Part shown: in pieces, positions 13,041 to 26,970 of the stretch
How positions within the stretch are numbered: the first letter of the stretch is position 1
How the letters are laid out: every line of letters starts with the position of its first letter
NCBI RefSeq assembly: GCF_036365525.1
Contig: NC_090415.1
Coordinates: 12,090,001 to 12,154,000 of the forward strand
Direction: 5' to 3'
Origin: Heterodontus francisci
Lineage: Eukaryota
DNA: 64,000 nt
Position numbers and translations under genes: made by a program
The notes under the pieces: model-generated
Seen by the model: the letters and a program-made list of their open reading frames with translations, nothing else
Told to the model about the DNA's origin: nothing
Database searches by the model: none

Positions 13041-13757
13041 TCAAATTTGAAAAGCCCGCCAATATATTGGGGCGGCTTCAATATAGAATATCAAATTTAT
13101 AGTTCTTTTTGTACGGTTAAATAAATAAAACCTTTTCCATATTGTGTTATTCTACATTTGGTAACAAGTTCCAGATTGGCTTTTACATTCTGACATCTAT
13201 TCGGGTTTACTCTCTGTCCTTTTTAAAACCAGCGAGCAGAAAGTCTCTTTCACAACATTCTCCAACCGGGCACATTTCATGTCAATTTTCATAATAATAC
13301 CGCATTACTGATGAACGATTGTTTGTTATTCGTGGGAGACAACAGCGGAGTGTAGATTTTCAGTGTCAGGTGTCAGCGTGTGAGACGGAGGGTTCCGACA
13401 CCACCCGGGGTTCTAGATAATGTAATTATTAATTTCTGAGGTCAAACTTGAACTAGGGAAATAAGTGACTGCGAACTGATGTATGTGCGTTAAATCAGCT
13501 TTTATTGTCGAAATACAGAAAAGGGGCCGAATATGAACACGTCCGAGAACAAACCTCACAAATGGTCAGTGGTCAGTAATTTATGTACGGGACATTATTA
13601 GTTAGAGACAGAAAGATCGCACGGGCAGTGAAACTGCATTAACCAGAATCTATGGGAGTAAAACAGAGATCACAAAGGCAAGGACACTTGATATATAAAT
13701 CAATATAAGTCGATACTATACAGACTATGTTGTAGCTTTTTCAGAGAAGTTGTGGGT

Positions 13758-13773
13758 GGCTCTTAAAAGAGCC
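13758..13773 (-). terminator. Histone stem-loop (H2B copy 1)
   Basis: GGCTCTTTTAAGAGCC on the minus strand. Confidence 0.95.
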
Positions 13774-13812
13774 TTTTTGTGTTTTGGGTGTGTTTCAGTA
13801 CATTGCGGATAT

Positions 13813-14193
13813 TTACTTGGAGCTGGTGTACTTGGTGACCGCCTTTGTACCTTCCGACACGGCGTGTTTGGCCAGCTCCCCGGGCAGCAGCAGGCGCACG
13901 GCGGTCTGGATCTCCCGGGAGCTGATGGTGCTGCGTTTGTTGTAATGGGCCAGGCGGGAAGCCTCACGCGCGATTCGCTCGAAAATATCATTCACAAACG
14001 AATTCATGATGCTCATGGCCTTGGAGGAGATGCCGGTGTCAGGGTGAACCTGCTTCATCACTTTGTACACGTAGATGGAGTAACTTTCTTTCCTGGATTT
14101 TCTCCGTTTCTTGCTGCCCTTTGCTGGCCACTTCTTCAGAACTTTCTTGGCGCCCTTCTTGGAAGGTGCTGCAGTTTTCTTCTCGTCAACCAT
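13813..14193 (-). CDS. H2B: Histone H2B copy 1, 126 aa, divergent
   Basis: [14 protein letters not shown]...[21 protein letters not shown]...KYTSSK; TATAAAA at 14247-14253 on minus. Confidence 0.97.
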   Translation of the reverse strand: MVDEKKTAAPSKKGAKKVLKKWPAKGSKKRRKSRKESYSIYVYKVMKQVHPDTGISSKAMSIMNSFVNDIFERIAREASRLAHYNKRSTISSREIQTAVRLLLPGELAKHAVSEGTKAVTKYTSSK

Positions 14194-14744
14194 GATCACG
14201 ATCAACTTCAGACACAGAATAACAGAAATTTCGCTCCAAGCTCGCATTTTATAGACATCCCCTGAACCCTATGCTGATGAAGGATGGGAGAAGGCCATGT
14301 TCATGATTGGCTGGTTTACAATGATGTCACTGCCTGATGTTCTGTATCTATCTGATTGGGTATCTAAAGTAACCAATCACATTTTGTGCTTCTCACAGCC
14401 ACTAACTGTCGCAGCAGTCAGATCGTCCAAACCCCTTTGCCCGCCCTTATCCATCTCCATCAGTGACTTTCTGAGTCCCTCTTCCTCATCAACCATTTCT
14501 ATTTTGCTAGTACGAACTCGTCTCTTTTTTCACTCTACGTATAATTTCTCTATAGTTCCCTTCCTTATCAGGATGTAGCGCCCCTCTGTACTTCCGTCCA
14601 TCAACAGGACCGAATCGTCCAGTATAGTGGGGGTCAGAGTGGGGCAAATGCGAGCATTGAAGTGCAAGTCCTTATCTCCATGTAGCGTGCCAAATAAGGT
14701 TGGTCAGCTGCAGTCACAAGTAACCACATGAAAGATTTATATGA

Positions 14745-15152
14745 CAGCGCTTCTGATATGTCTTCCTTTTTCCTCAACCGAGGATACCCTTGTCCTCACT
14801 TTCCACCCCATCAGCCTCCACATCCAAAGAATCATCCTCCGCCATTTCTGCCACCTCCAGCGAGATGCCATTACTAAATGCATCTTCCCCTCCCTTCCCC
14901 TGTCAGCATTCCGAAGGGATCATTCTCTCCGCAACACCCTGGTCCACTCCTCCATTACCCCCACCACCTTGTACCCTTCCCACGGCACCTTCCCCTGCAA
15001 TCGCAGGAGGTGTAATACCTGCCCCTTTACCTCCTCTCTCCTCACAATCCCAGGCCCCAAACACTCCTTTTGAGTGAAGCAGCGATTTACTTGGACTTCT
15101 TTCAATATGTTATACTGTATTCACTGCTCACAAAGTGGTCTCCGCTACATAG
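14745..15152 (+). mobile_element. Penelope-like element, GIY-YIG endonuclease fragment
   Basis: LVLTFHP..IILRHF..AFRRDHSLRNTLVHS..CNRRRCNTCPF, then YCIHC..GLRYIG. Confidence 0.8.
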
Positions 15153-17870
15153 GCCCTTTGGCCCACTGTGTCTCTGCCTCCCATCAAGTATGAATCTATT
15201 CGAATCACATTTTCCAGCACTTGGCCCCTAGTCTTGTATGCTATGACATTTCACGTGTTCATCTAAATCCTTCTCAAATGCTATGAGGGGTCCTGCCTCT
15301 ACCAGCTCTTCAGGTAGTGTGTTCCAGATTCCAACCACACTCTGCGTGAAATATTTTCTCCTCAAGTCCCCTCTAAACCTGCTGCCCATTACTTAAATCT
15401 ATCTCCCCTAGTTATTGATCCCTCCACTGAGGGAAATGTTTTCTTCCTATCTATACGATCAATGTCCCATGTAATTTTGTATACCTCAATCAGTTCCCCC
15501 CTCAGCCTTCTCTGCTCCAAGGAAAACAACCCAAGCCTATCCAGTCTCTCTTCATAACTGAAATGCCACAGCCCAGGAAACATCCTGATGAATCTCCTCT
15601 GCATGCTCTCCATTGAAATCACGTCCTTCCTTTGGTGAGTTAACCAGAACTGTACACAGTACTCCAGCTGTGGCCTAACTAGCATTTTATTCAGCTCCCT
15701 CATAACCTCCCAGCTCTTATATTCTATGCCTCGGCTAATAAAGACAAGTATCCCATATGCCTTCCTAACCACCTTATCTACCCGTGCTTCTGCCTTCAGT
15801 GATCTATGGACAAGTACACCAAGGTCCCTCAGTACATCTTAGGATCTGACCATTCATTGTATATTCCCTTGCCTTGTTGGGCCTCCCAAAATGCATCACC
15901 TCATATTTTCGCACTTCTCTGGATTAAATTCCATTTGCCACTGCTCCACCCATCTTACCAGACCATCTATATCATCCTGTAATCTAAGGCTTTCCTCCTC
16001 ACCATTTCTGACACCAATCTTCATGTCATCTGTGAACTTACTGATCATATCTACTACATTCACGTCTAAATCATTCATGTACACTACAAACAGCAATGGT
16101 CCCAGCATCAATCACTGTGGTAGACCACTGATCACAAACTTCAACTAACAAAAACAACGCTCGACCATCACCCTCTGCCTCCTGCCACTAAGCCAATTTT
16201 GTATCCAATTTACCAAATTGCCCTGGATCCCATGGGCTCTTACCTTCTTAACCAATCTCACATGTGGGTCTTTATCTAAAGCCTTACTGAAGTCCATGTA
16301 GATAACATCAACTGCCTTACCCTCATCTACACATCTAGTCATCTCCTCAAAAAATTCAATCAAGTTTGTTAGACACGATTTTTTTTTCAAGTCACCTCCT
16401 CACTCTGCTTATTATTCTTATATATTTTTATTTAATTACCACCTCCCCCCCCCACCCCCCCCCCCACCCCCACTCCCCGACATTTTCTATACTCCTCTAG
16501 GGCCTCCGCTGTTTTCTGCCCTAAGCCTCTTTTTTTTTCCGTTATCCAATCCTCTATATCCCTTGACATCCAGGGTTCCCTGGATTTGTTCATCCTACGC
16601 TTCACCTTTATGGGAACATGTTGGACCTGAATTCTCATTATTTCCTTTTTGAATGACTCCCACTAGTCGGATGTAGACTTTCCTATAAGTAGCTTCTCGC
16701 AGTCCACTTTGGCCAGATCCTGTTTTATCATTTTGAAATCGGTCTTACCAAATTGAGTACATTTATTTCTGGTCCCTCTTTGTCCTTTTCCATAACTACC
16801 TTAAATATTACTGAGTTATGGCCACTATCCCCGAAATGCTCCCCCACTGACACTCCTACCACTTGTCCGGCTTCACTCCCTAGGATTAGGTCGAGCACGG
16901 CTCCTTCTTTTATAGGACTTTCTACCTGCTGGCTCAAAAAGATCTCCTGTGTGCACCTAAAGAACTCTGCCTCCTTTAAGCCATTTGCACTAAGACGATC
17001 CCAGTTGATATTGGGTCAGTTGAAATCCGCTACAATTATTACCCCATTATTTTAACAACTATCTGAGATTTGCCTACATATCTGCTCTTCTATCTCTCAC
17101 TGACTGTTTGGAGGTCTGTAGTACACTCCCAGCCAAGTGATTGCCCCCCTTTTTGTATTTATGTTCTACCCATATGGCCTCATTTGAGGAATGTTCGAAG
17201 ATATCATCCCTCCTTATACAGTAATTGACTCCTTGATCAACTGTGCACTGCCACCTCCTATTTTATACCCTCCCCTGTCATGCCTGAAGATTCTATACCC
17301 TGGAATATTGAGCTACCAGTCCTGCCCTTCCCTCAACCATGTCTCCGTGAAAACAATAATATTATATTTCCATGTGTTAATAAATGGCCTCAATTCATCT
17401 GCCTTACTCGTAAGATTCCTTGCATTAAAATAGATGCAATCCAGCCTTGCATTGTTAGCTTGTGTCTTAACATGTCTGCATTTTCTCTGCCTTCCAGACT
17501 GACTCAGTTTCTCTTCTATATTTGACTGTGCATCAGCCCTTACTGTACATCCCCTCTATATCCCACCCCCTTGCCAAATTAGTTTGCAACCACCACCCCC
17601 CCGCCCCCCTCCCCCAAATTCACGTGCAAACCTCCCAGCAAGGCTGTTGGTCCTGATCCAGTTCAGGTGCAATCTGTCCAACTTGTACAATTCCCACCTT
17701 GGCCAGAAACAGACCCAGTGATCCAGGAAATTAAAGCCCTCCCTCCTGCACTATCTCTTCAGCCACACATTCATCTCCTCTATCCTCCTATTCCTATACT
17801 CACCTGCACGTGGCAGCGGGGGTAATCCAGCGATTACAACCTTTGTGGACCCCTTTTCTTTAATCTGCTA
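15153..17870 (-). mobile_element. Old CR1 LINE, heavily disrupted, from end of ORF1 to 3' UTR
   Basis: Minus ORFs 16728 (LDLIL..GDSGHN), 16432 (REPW), 16145 (YMDFSKA), 15896 (FTDD), 15389. Confidence 0.9.
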
Positions 17871-17899
17871 CCTTGCTTTTGATGTTCATGTTGCATGAC

Positions 17900-18660
17900 C
17901 TCATCCCTCTTTGTACCTGTCAGTTTCTGGTATGGAATAAAGATCTTTACTCTGTACCTGCTAGTTGCTGGCAAGTGATTGTGGCATCACTCCATGTCTG
18001 TCAGAGTGTGATGTTACTTCAGATTTTACTCTTCAGCAGTCAGTCTCTGACATGTGAATATGGATTTTCCTCATTCTGGTCACTTACTGCAATGTAAGTC
18101 ACTCCTTTATTCTGTGCCTGTCAGTTTCAGGTCTGGAAGAAAGATTTTTTTCATTACCTTTTATAATCTGGCAAGTGAATGTGAGATCACCCTGTATCTG
18201 TCAGTTTGTGACATATTACTGTGACTTTTACTCTTCATTTGTCAGTTTCTGATACGTGAATGTGTATTTTATTCTGGGTACCTGTCAGATACTAAAATGC
18301 AAGTATGTATTCTATTCTGTTCTTGTTTGTTACTTGTAATTAATTGGAGTGTTTACTCTTGATCTGTCAGTCTCTGGAATGTGAATGTGGCTCTTACTCT
18401 GTGTCTGTCTGTATTGGATTTGCCAGCAAGTGTTTTTCTTTGCCTTTCTGTTCCTGACATGTGAATGCGAATTTTACTATGGACCTCTCAGTTACTGGTA
18501 TGTGATTGTGGTTTTATTCTGTCTCCACGAACCTATGATTAGTGATTGCAGCTAGTGTCCAAGGCATGTCAGTATCTTGTTTGCACATGCCCATTCTTAT
18601 GTGCATGTTGCTTTATGGGAAATGACTTTAGGATTTACTCTTTTTTCTGCCATATTACTT
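17900..18660 (+). repeat. Degenerate ~41-bp tandem repeat
   Basis: Consensus ~CTGTACCTGTCAGTTTCTGRTATGTGAATGTGGRTTTTAYT; in-phase starts at 18192, 18233, 18274. Confidence 0.75.
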
Positions 18661-18721
18661 CTATGGCTTCAAGGGCTGGTCAGAGACTGGGAATTCTATG
18701 ATGAGCAACTCATGTCCTAAC

Positions 18722-18982
18722 TTAGTTTAGTTTAGAGATACAGCACTGAAACAGGCCCTTCGGCCCACCGAGTCTGTGCCAACCATCAACCACCCATTTA
18801 TACTAATCCTACACTAATTCCATGTTCCTACCACATCCCCACCTGTCCCTATATTTCCCTACCATCTACCTATACTAGGGGCAATTTATAATGGCCAATT
18901 TACCTATCAACCTGCAAGTCATTGGCATGTGGGAGGAAACCGGAGCACCCGGAGAAAACCCACGCAGACACAGGGAGAACTT
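18722..18982 (-). mobile_element. HE1-type SINE, 5'-truncated, inserted in an L2/CR1-group LINE fragment (18672-19383)
   Basis: (ttagt)n tail, acaggcccttcggcccaccgagtctgtgcc; flanks match the 3' part of 1270..3373. Confidence 0.8.
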
Positions 18983-19399
18983 CCCAAAGTCTTTCCACCA
19001 CCTACAAGCCACATGTCAGAATTCTGATGAATACTCTCCAATTGCTTGGTTGAGTGCAGCTCTAAAAACACTGAAGAAGCTTGATACCATCCAGGACAAA
19101 TCAGCAGGCTTGATTATCTTACCATTCACCAGGTTATGCATTTACTCCCTCCACCACCAGTGCACACTGTGTCCTATCCAAAAGATGTACTGCATCAACC
19201 TGAGGAAGTACCGTACAACAGCACCTTCCAAACCCATGACATCTGCTACTGACTGGAACATGGGCAGCAAGCTTATAAGAACATTACCACTTGCAATTTC
19301 ATCTCCAGTTTGCACAACATCCTGACTTCAAAAATATAACACCATTCCTTCATCATCACTCAGCCCAAATTCTGGAACTCCCACTTTTATGAATGACAT

Positions 19400-20935
19400 T
19401 CATTCTGTAGCTGTTCATCAATGGTACAGTCTGAGTGTAGAACTTATTCTGCATCTGCCACTCTGAAAGACAGGATCTGTTTGTTTATATTTAAGGAACA
19501 ATGAAGGATCTCTTACACACCTAGATCTGTCCAAATATCTGACCCTCTTTGTATGGTATGTGTGTGAGGGATTCATTCTTTATCTCAGAATGTGGAATGT
19601 GACTATATTTATCTCTGTCACTTACTGATAAGTGCATGTGCACTTTTCACTCTACCTGCCAGCTTCTGATGTGAGTGGATTTTTTAATGCACCTGTCATT
19701 TACTGATGAATTGAACGGTGGTTTTGGTTTGAATCGCTCACTTTCTGTTTACATGAATATGAATATTCCTTCGTACTTGTCAATTACTGGTATTGAAGTA
19801 AGATCTTTAAACTGAACCTAATACAAAGCAAAATACTGTTAATGCTGGAATTTGGAAATAAAAGCAGAAAATTCTGTAAATACACAGCAGGACTGCCAGC
19901 ATCTGTGGAGACAGAAACAGAGTTAGCCTTTCAGGTCAATGACCTTTCATCAGAAAGGTCTGTCCTGATCAAAGGTCATTGACCTGAAATGTGAACTGAA
20001 TTTCTCTCTCCACAGGTGCTGCCAGACTTGCAGAGTATTTCCAGCATTTTCCATTTTCATTTACACTGTACATGGAGATGTACATTTTCTGGCAAGTGAA
20101 TGTGGGATCAATATTTAACCTTTCAGTTCTGATACGCAAATGAGGATTTTACCCAACATGTTGTCAGTTCCTGCAGTGCAATTATCTGATTGATTCTGTA
20201 ACTTTATGATTGTGGTAATTGATTGTGGGTTTGACCCGACATCTACCAGTCTCTGTCATGTGAATGTGGCTATTACTCTGTATTTATCTGTGCACAATTT
20301 GTGAGTGTTTGTTTTCCTCTCTGTGTCTGTTTCTGACATGTAAATGTGGATTTTGCTATGTACCTCAGTTACTTTATGTGTATGTGTTTTATTCTGTTTC
20401 TGTGAATCTGTTGTGAGTGTAATATTTTCCCTGTACCTATCAGCATCACACTTCTTTGTATGGCCATTATTCTGCACTTGTTGGTTTATGGTACTGCTTG
20501 AATTACTCTTTCCCTCTCATTCCCTGATATGCTACTGTAAATTGTCCTCTTCACTTGTCAGATTCCACTCTGTGATAATGTTGTTTCACTGTCTGTCTCC
20601 GTCTGGTATGCTATTGTAAGATTTACTGTGTGCCCATCAGGTTCTGGTAATTAGTTATGGAGTTCACATTGTAACATTCAATTTGATCTGTGTGAATCTG
20701 CTTCTGCCTTGAACTGAGAGTTTCTATTCTGTGAGTGTACATTTACAAGTGCGCTTGTTAATTTCTGCTAAATAACTGTTTGTTTTACTCTGTGCATGTC
20801 AGTTGCTGCAATGGGAAGATGGGAAAGGTTTTTAATTCTGAAAATGGCTATTACTGACAAGTGAGTGTGGGTTTTACTCTGTAACCCTCATTCTCTGGTA
20901 TTTGAGTTTGTGTCTTTTTATTCCGGTTAGCTGTT
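19400..20935 (+). repeat. Degenerate 41-bp repeat tract; paralogous to ~34150..35075
   Basis: Recurrent ctgt.cctgtcagt / gtgaatgtgg motifs; colinear alignment with 34150-35075. Confidence 0.7.
19825..20060. mobile_element. Palindromic pair of Penelope-type pLTRs with hammerhead-like cores
   Basis: Minus 19929-19953 CTGATGA-A-AGGTCATTGACCT-GAAA; plus 19965-19989 CTGATCA-AAGGTCATTGACCT-GAAA. Confidence 0.6.
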
Positions 20936-20949
20936 ACGCTCACTTCTCT

Positions 20950-21303
20950 GAAGTAAACCTCCTTTGAACTGCCTCCAACACATTTACTTCCTTCCTTAAA
21001 GAAGGAGACCAAAACTGCACACAGTATTCTAGATGTGGTCTCACCAATGACCTGTATAATTGAAGTATAACAGGCTTATTGTCATTTTCAATTCCTCTCA
21101 TAATAATGGATAACATTCCATTTGCCTTCTTCATGTCTTGCTGTAACTGCACACTAACTTTTTTGACTCATGCACTAGAACACCTAGATCCCTCTGCACC
21201 CCAGAATTCTGCAGTCACGCTACACTAATGTATCTTTTGATCTCTCTGACAAAGTGAACAACTTCACATTTTCTCACATTGTACATCATCTGCCAGATTT
21301 CTG
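20950..21303 (-). mobile_element. CR1 fragment cut by the duplication breakpoint
   Basis: ORF 20940..21152 LYRSLVRPHLEYCVQFWSP. Confidence 0.85.
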
Positions 21304-22082
21304 TATTTTAAAGGGTAATGGTGTTATTGAGTGTGTTATGGACACGCTGAACAGACGTGCAGCACTGCAACAGTGAACTCTCCTCCGGTGCCGCGGGTGA
21401 GACGGTCACTTCTCCGCTCGGTACGTTCTAATCTGACGGGGCATTTATCTGTCTTCAGTCCTGCATCGAAGGACGGAGAGAACCAGCCTGTCACTGCCTG
21501 GAACAAAAAAAAAACACAGCGTCTGAATGTGGGATTATTCTGTAACTGGACATCTCTCCTTGTTGACAATGGGATGTCTGGGACACCTGGAAAAATATGG
21601 ATAGACTATAGGAAGAGACAGTCGATCATTTGTATTTTCACAGTCAGGAAACATGTTTCTGTGTGCGATCAATAACATCAAACCGGACAGTAGTTTGAAC
21701 ACATTCAAAGCTGTGATTTGCTCTTGCCGTCGAACCTAATAAACAGACAACATTCGCAGCGCCAGTCTCAGAGTGTTTAACACTTACTGAGTCTAGAAAA
21801 TACAAATACCCACCGTGAATCCGCAGCACAGGCCGAGCGGAGGGGAAATCCTGTCCTGGGAACGCTAAATTGAGCGAACAGTTCGGCCTGAGATTGTGTG
21901 GATGTGAATATTGTGGAAGAGAGTGTATTAAAGGGGCGGGCGCGTTAGTCTAATGCCACTGTGTTTGTGGGTCTGGTCTCATCGTCGGATTTCCGAGTCC
22001 CTTTTGTGTAAAATAACAAGATTTTCCAGTCAAAGAAGCACTTTGCTCCCCTTCTAATCCTCAAAGTGGGAATTCAGTGTTG

Positions 22083-24276
22083 TTTTTTTTTTAGAATTAG
22101 AATATTACAGCGCAGTACAGGCCCTTCGGCCCTCGATGTTGCGCCGATCATCTGACCTACACTATTCCATTTACATCCATATGTCTATCCAATGACCACT
22201 TAAATGCCCTTAAAGTTGGCGAGTCTACTACTGTTGCAGGCAGGGCGTTCCACGCCCCTACTACTCTCTGCGTAAAGAAACTACCTCTGACATCTGTCCT
22301 ATATCTTTCACCCCTCAACTTAAAGCTATGTCCCCTCCTGTTTGCCATCCTCATCCGAGGAAAAAGACTCTCACTCTCCACCCTATCTAACCCTCTGATT
22401 ATCTTGTATGTCTCTATTAAGTCACCTCTCCTCCTCCTTCTCTCTAACGAAAACAACCCCAAGTCCCTCAGCCTTTCCTCGTAAGACCTTCCTTCCATAC
22501 CAGGCAACATCCTAGTAAATCTCCTCTGCACCCTTTCCAAAGCTTCGACATCCTTCCTATAATGCGGTGACCAGAACTGCACGCAATACTCCAGGTGCGG
22601 CCTCACCAGAGTTTTGTACAGCTGCATCATGACCCCGTGGCTCTGAAACTCGATCCCCCTACTAATAAAGGCTAACACACCATATGCCTTCTTAACAGCC
22701 CTATTAACCTGGGTAGCAACTTTCAGGGATTTATGTACCTGGATACCAAGATCTCTCTGCTCATCTACACTACCAAGAATCTTCCCATTAGCCCAGTACT
22801 CTGCATTGCTGTTACTCCTTCCAAAGTGAATCACCTCACACTTCTCCGCATTAAACTCCATTTGCCATCTCTCAGCCCAGCTCTGCAGCCTATCTATGTC
22901 CCTCTGTACCCTACAACACCCTTCGACACTATCCACAACTCCACCGACCTTCGTGTCATCCGCAAATTTACTAACCCACCCTTCTACACCCTCATCCAGG
23001 TCGTTTATAAAAATGACAAACAGCAGTGGCCCCAAAACAGAACCTTGCGGTACACCACTAGTAACTAAACTCCAGGATGAACATTTGCCATCAACCACCA
23101 CCCTCTGTCTTCTTTCAGCTAGCCAATTTCTGATCCAAAGCTCTAAATCACCTTCAACCCCATACTTGCGTATTTTCTGCAATAGCCTACCGTGGGGAAC
23201 CTTATCAAATGCCTTACTGAAATCCATATACACCACATCCACGGCTTTACCCTCATCCACCTGTTTGGTCACCTTCTCGAAAAACTCAATAAGGTTTGTG
23301 AGGCACGACCTACCTTTCACAAAACCGTGCTGACTATCGCAAATGAACTTATTCTTTTCAAGATGATTATAAATCCTGTCTCTTATAACCTTTTCCAACA
23401 TTTTACCCACAACCGAAGTAAGGCTCACAGGTCTATAATTACCAGGGCTGTCTCTACTCCCCTTCTTGAACAAGGGGACAACATTTGCTATCCTCCAGTC
23501 CTCCGGCACTACTCCTGTCGACAATGACGACTTAAAGATCAACAACAACGGCTCTGCAATCTCCTCCCTGGCTTCCCAGAGAATCCTAGGATAAATCCCA
23601 TCTGGCCCAGGGGACTTATCTATTTTCACTCTTTCCAAAATTGCTAACACCTCCTCCTTGTGAATCTCAATCCCATCTAGCGTAGTAGGCTGTATCTCAG
23701 TAATCTCCTCGGCAACATTTTCTTTCTCTACTGTAAATACTGACGAAAAATATTCATTTAACGCTTCCCCTATCTCCTCTGATTCCGCACACAACTTCCC
23801 ACTACTATCCTTGATTGGCCCTGTTCTAACTCTTATCATTCGTTTATTCCTGATATACCTATAGAAAGCCTTAGGGTTTTCTTTGATCCTATCCGCCAAT
23901 GACTTCTCGTGTCCTCTCCTTGCTCTTCTTAGCCCTCCCTTTAGATCCTTCCTGGCTAGCTTGTCACTCTCAAGCGCCCTAACTGAGCCTTCACGTCTCA
24001 TCCTAACATAAGCCGCCCTCTTCCTCTTGACAAGCGCTTCAACTTCTTGAGTAAACCATGGCTCCCTTGCTCGACAACTTCCTCCCTGCCTGACAGGTAC
24101 ATACTTATCAAGGACACGCATTAGCTGCTCCTTGAATAAGCTCCACATTTCGTTTGTGCCCATCCCCTGCAGTTTCCTTCTCCATCCTACACATCCTAAA
24201 TCTTGCCTAATCGCGTCATAATTTCCTTTCCCCCAGCTATAATTCTTGCCCTGCGGTATATACCTGTCCCTGCCCT
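22083..24276 (-). mobile_element. CR1 with intact RT ORF (duplicate)
   Basis: ORF 22157..24295 identical in translation to 5201..7339. Confidence 0.96.
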
Positions 24277-24657
24277 GTTTGTTTGTCGATTTCAAGATTT
24301 TAATCGAAAAGTATGGAACATGTCAGCGATCGGCTGAGAGAGTCATCAGTGCAGCAATGAAACGGGTTTCAGTCGAAAATGGAGTCTTTACTTCAAGTGA
24401 AACCTTTGTGACAGCAAACATTCTGATGTCAGAGACAGGAAGGATCTCGCCTGGGACTCTGGAATACCCGAATTTCAGTGGAATTGGAGAGTTTAGGACC
24501 AGAGAGAAACACAGAGAGGCAGCAGGAGCCGGGAGCTGACAGCAGGTTGTCTCCGCCCCGTCCGCTCGCTGCCTTTAAATTGCTCAGTGCCGCCACCACC
24601 AGCTTCATTTCTGACCCAGTTCTGACTGACAGAGAGACTTTGTGCAGAGTCCTGGAC

Positions 24658-25341
24658 ATGACCGATACTGCAGCCGCCGAAACGGCTCCTGCAGCCGCCG
24701 CCGCTACAGTCAAGACTCCGAAGAAGAAGAAGGCGGCTCCCCGGAAGGGGTCAGGCGGTCCCAAGTTGGGCGAGCTGATCCTCAAGACTGTGGCGGAATG
24801 CAGTGTCCGCAGTGGGATGTCACTGCAGGCAATAAAGAAGGCTCTGCTTGTTAAAGGTGTCGATGTGGAGAAGGGCAAGTTCCAAATCAAGCAAAATATC
24901 AAGCGGCTTGTGTCGAACGGCTTCCTGGTGCAGACGAAGGGCACGGGGGCCTCCGGCAGCTTCAAAATCGCGAAACAGGAAAAGAAGGGAAATGTGGTGA
25001 AGAAGATTCAGACAGGAGCAGCCAAGAGATCTTTAGTGAAGAAAACAGCTGCCAAGAAACTGATCACAAAGAAAACAGCCAAGAAATCCCCAGGGAAGAA
25101 AATAGTCACCAAGAAAGTGAGCAGCAAGAAGACGGCAGCCAAGAAAGTGAGCACCAAGAAGACGGCAACGCCAAAGAAGGCGGTAAAAAAAGCAACGCTT
25201 CCAAAAAAATCTCCAGCGAAGAATGCTAATAAAACCAAGAGGGCCACGGGCGGAAAGCCGCCCAAGAAAGTCCAATCATCAAGGGGCGGGAAGAAGCCGA
25301 AAGCAGTAAAGGCTCAGAAAGCAGCCCCTGGAAAGAAGTGA
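24658..25341 (+). CDS. H1: Histone H1 copy 2
   Basis: Identical protein to copy 1; stem-loop 25378-25393. Confidence 0.96.
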   Translation: MTDTAAAETAPAAAAATVKTPKKKKAAPRKGSGGPKLGELILKTVAECSVRSGMSLQAIKKALLVKGVDVEKGKFQIKQNIKRLVSNGFLVQTKGTGASGSFKIAKQEKKGNVVKKIQTGAAKRSLVKKTAAKKLITKKTAKKSPGKKIVTKKVSSKKTAAKKVSTKKTATPKKAVKKATLPKKSPAKNANKTKRATGGKPPKKVQSSRGGKKPKAVKAQKAAPGKK

Positions 25342-26096
25342 AACAGCACGGGAAACTTGTAGACATCTGAACCCAAAGGCTCTTTTCAGAGCCACCCACG
25401 TCTCTCAGGAAAGAGCTGATCCCCGATCAAATGAGCCTGTCCCGCAGTCGTGCGTACATTTCACCTAGAAATGATTTGAATTAAATCCAAGTTCCCTGGT
25501 GACTCTCAACCCAGCCATTCCTCACTCTCTGCAACAAATCAGGGATGTCCGGGCCTCACTGTACCCGGGTATATGTTCGGTGAAGTCTCAGTTCATGCTC
25601 GTTTCAGGGCGACAGCCTGAAACACAGTAACACGGGCGAGATACCCCGCGTCACATCTCAAACTCCAATACGTGATTTTCTATAATTCAGCTGGGGTTCG
25701 GTTTCAGTAAACTGCTCAATCCGTCTGGGAGGAGAGGTGTGCCGAAACAGGTTGACTTGTGATCGGAAGCACTGCACTTAGGCGGGTGTATTACGAACTT
25801 TTAATTGTAACAGATCCTTATTTAAAGCGCTAATTTCTGTTATCTGTGACTATCAATGCCGAATCTCCATGTTTTATGCTGAGCTCCAATGTCGAGAACT
25901 GTTTTTTTTTGAATTGGCGGTTCGAGCAAGTGGGAGGCGGAGCGAGAGGATCAAAGACATTTCTCTGCTCTGTCTGTCACTCAGTTTCCTCCAGACCCGC
26001 CTCTGGCTCTCTGACTCTTTCTCAGTCAGGTCGGGGCAGGCTGCATAAAAAGGCAGCAGAAGCTGCTCGTTTCTCATTCAGAATTGGTTTGTCTGA

Positions 26097-26417
<321 letters not shown>

Positions 26418-26970
26418 ACAAATCGACCTTGTCCACCAAAAACAAAAGGCTCTTTTAAGAGCCACCCACAACCTCATATAGAGATAAGTGACCTTGAAAT
26501 TGCAGCGGGTATGTCTTGGGATGTGAAATTGTTGTCGCTCATCCAATGTTATGTGGACTTTATCAGATCAGTTTTGCATTCTCTTATAGTCACTTTACGT
26601 CTCGCACATTTTTTCACTGTCTTCTTCTGTTCCATGTTTAATAACCGCGTCATGAATTAAAAGATTACATTTGATAATGTCCATTGCCGACCTGAACTGC
26701 CGGTAAAGATGTCGAAAAGGATTTACTGCCGTTAGAGTAAGAAATGGCCGGAGCTTTATTCCCGCCAGAGACCGAACAGGCAATGAATCCCTATTCAAAC
26801 CGTGTTGGAAGACACAGAGGGGGATCTAGGGCGGAAAAAAATGACGCTAAAAGCACTGAGATTTTATAATCGTTCCCGCCAAATTAGGTTTTCTTTCATC
26901 TTTGCGTCGTTTACTAATTTGAAAATGGCGGGCTTTTTGAAATTGATTCAATTTCAGTTGCATTTCAACC

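Noticed and set aside
16438-16478. Poly-C tract with G-quadruplex potential on minus
   Set aside because: Simple-sequence expansion inside a dead CR1 with no sign of function
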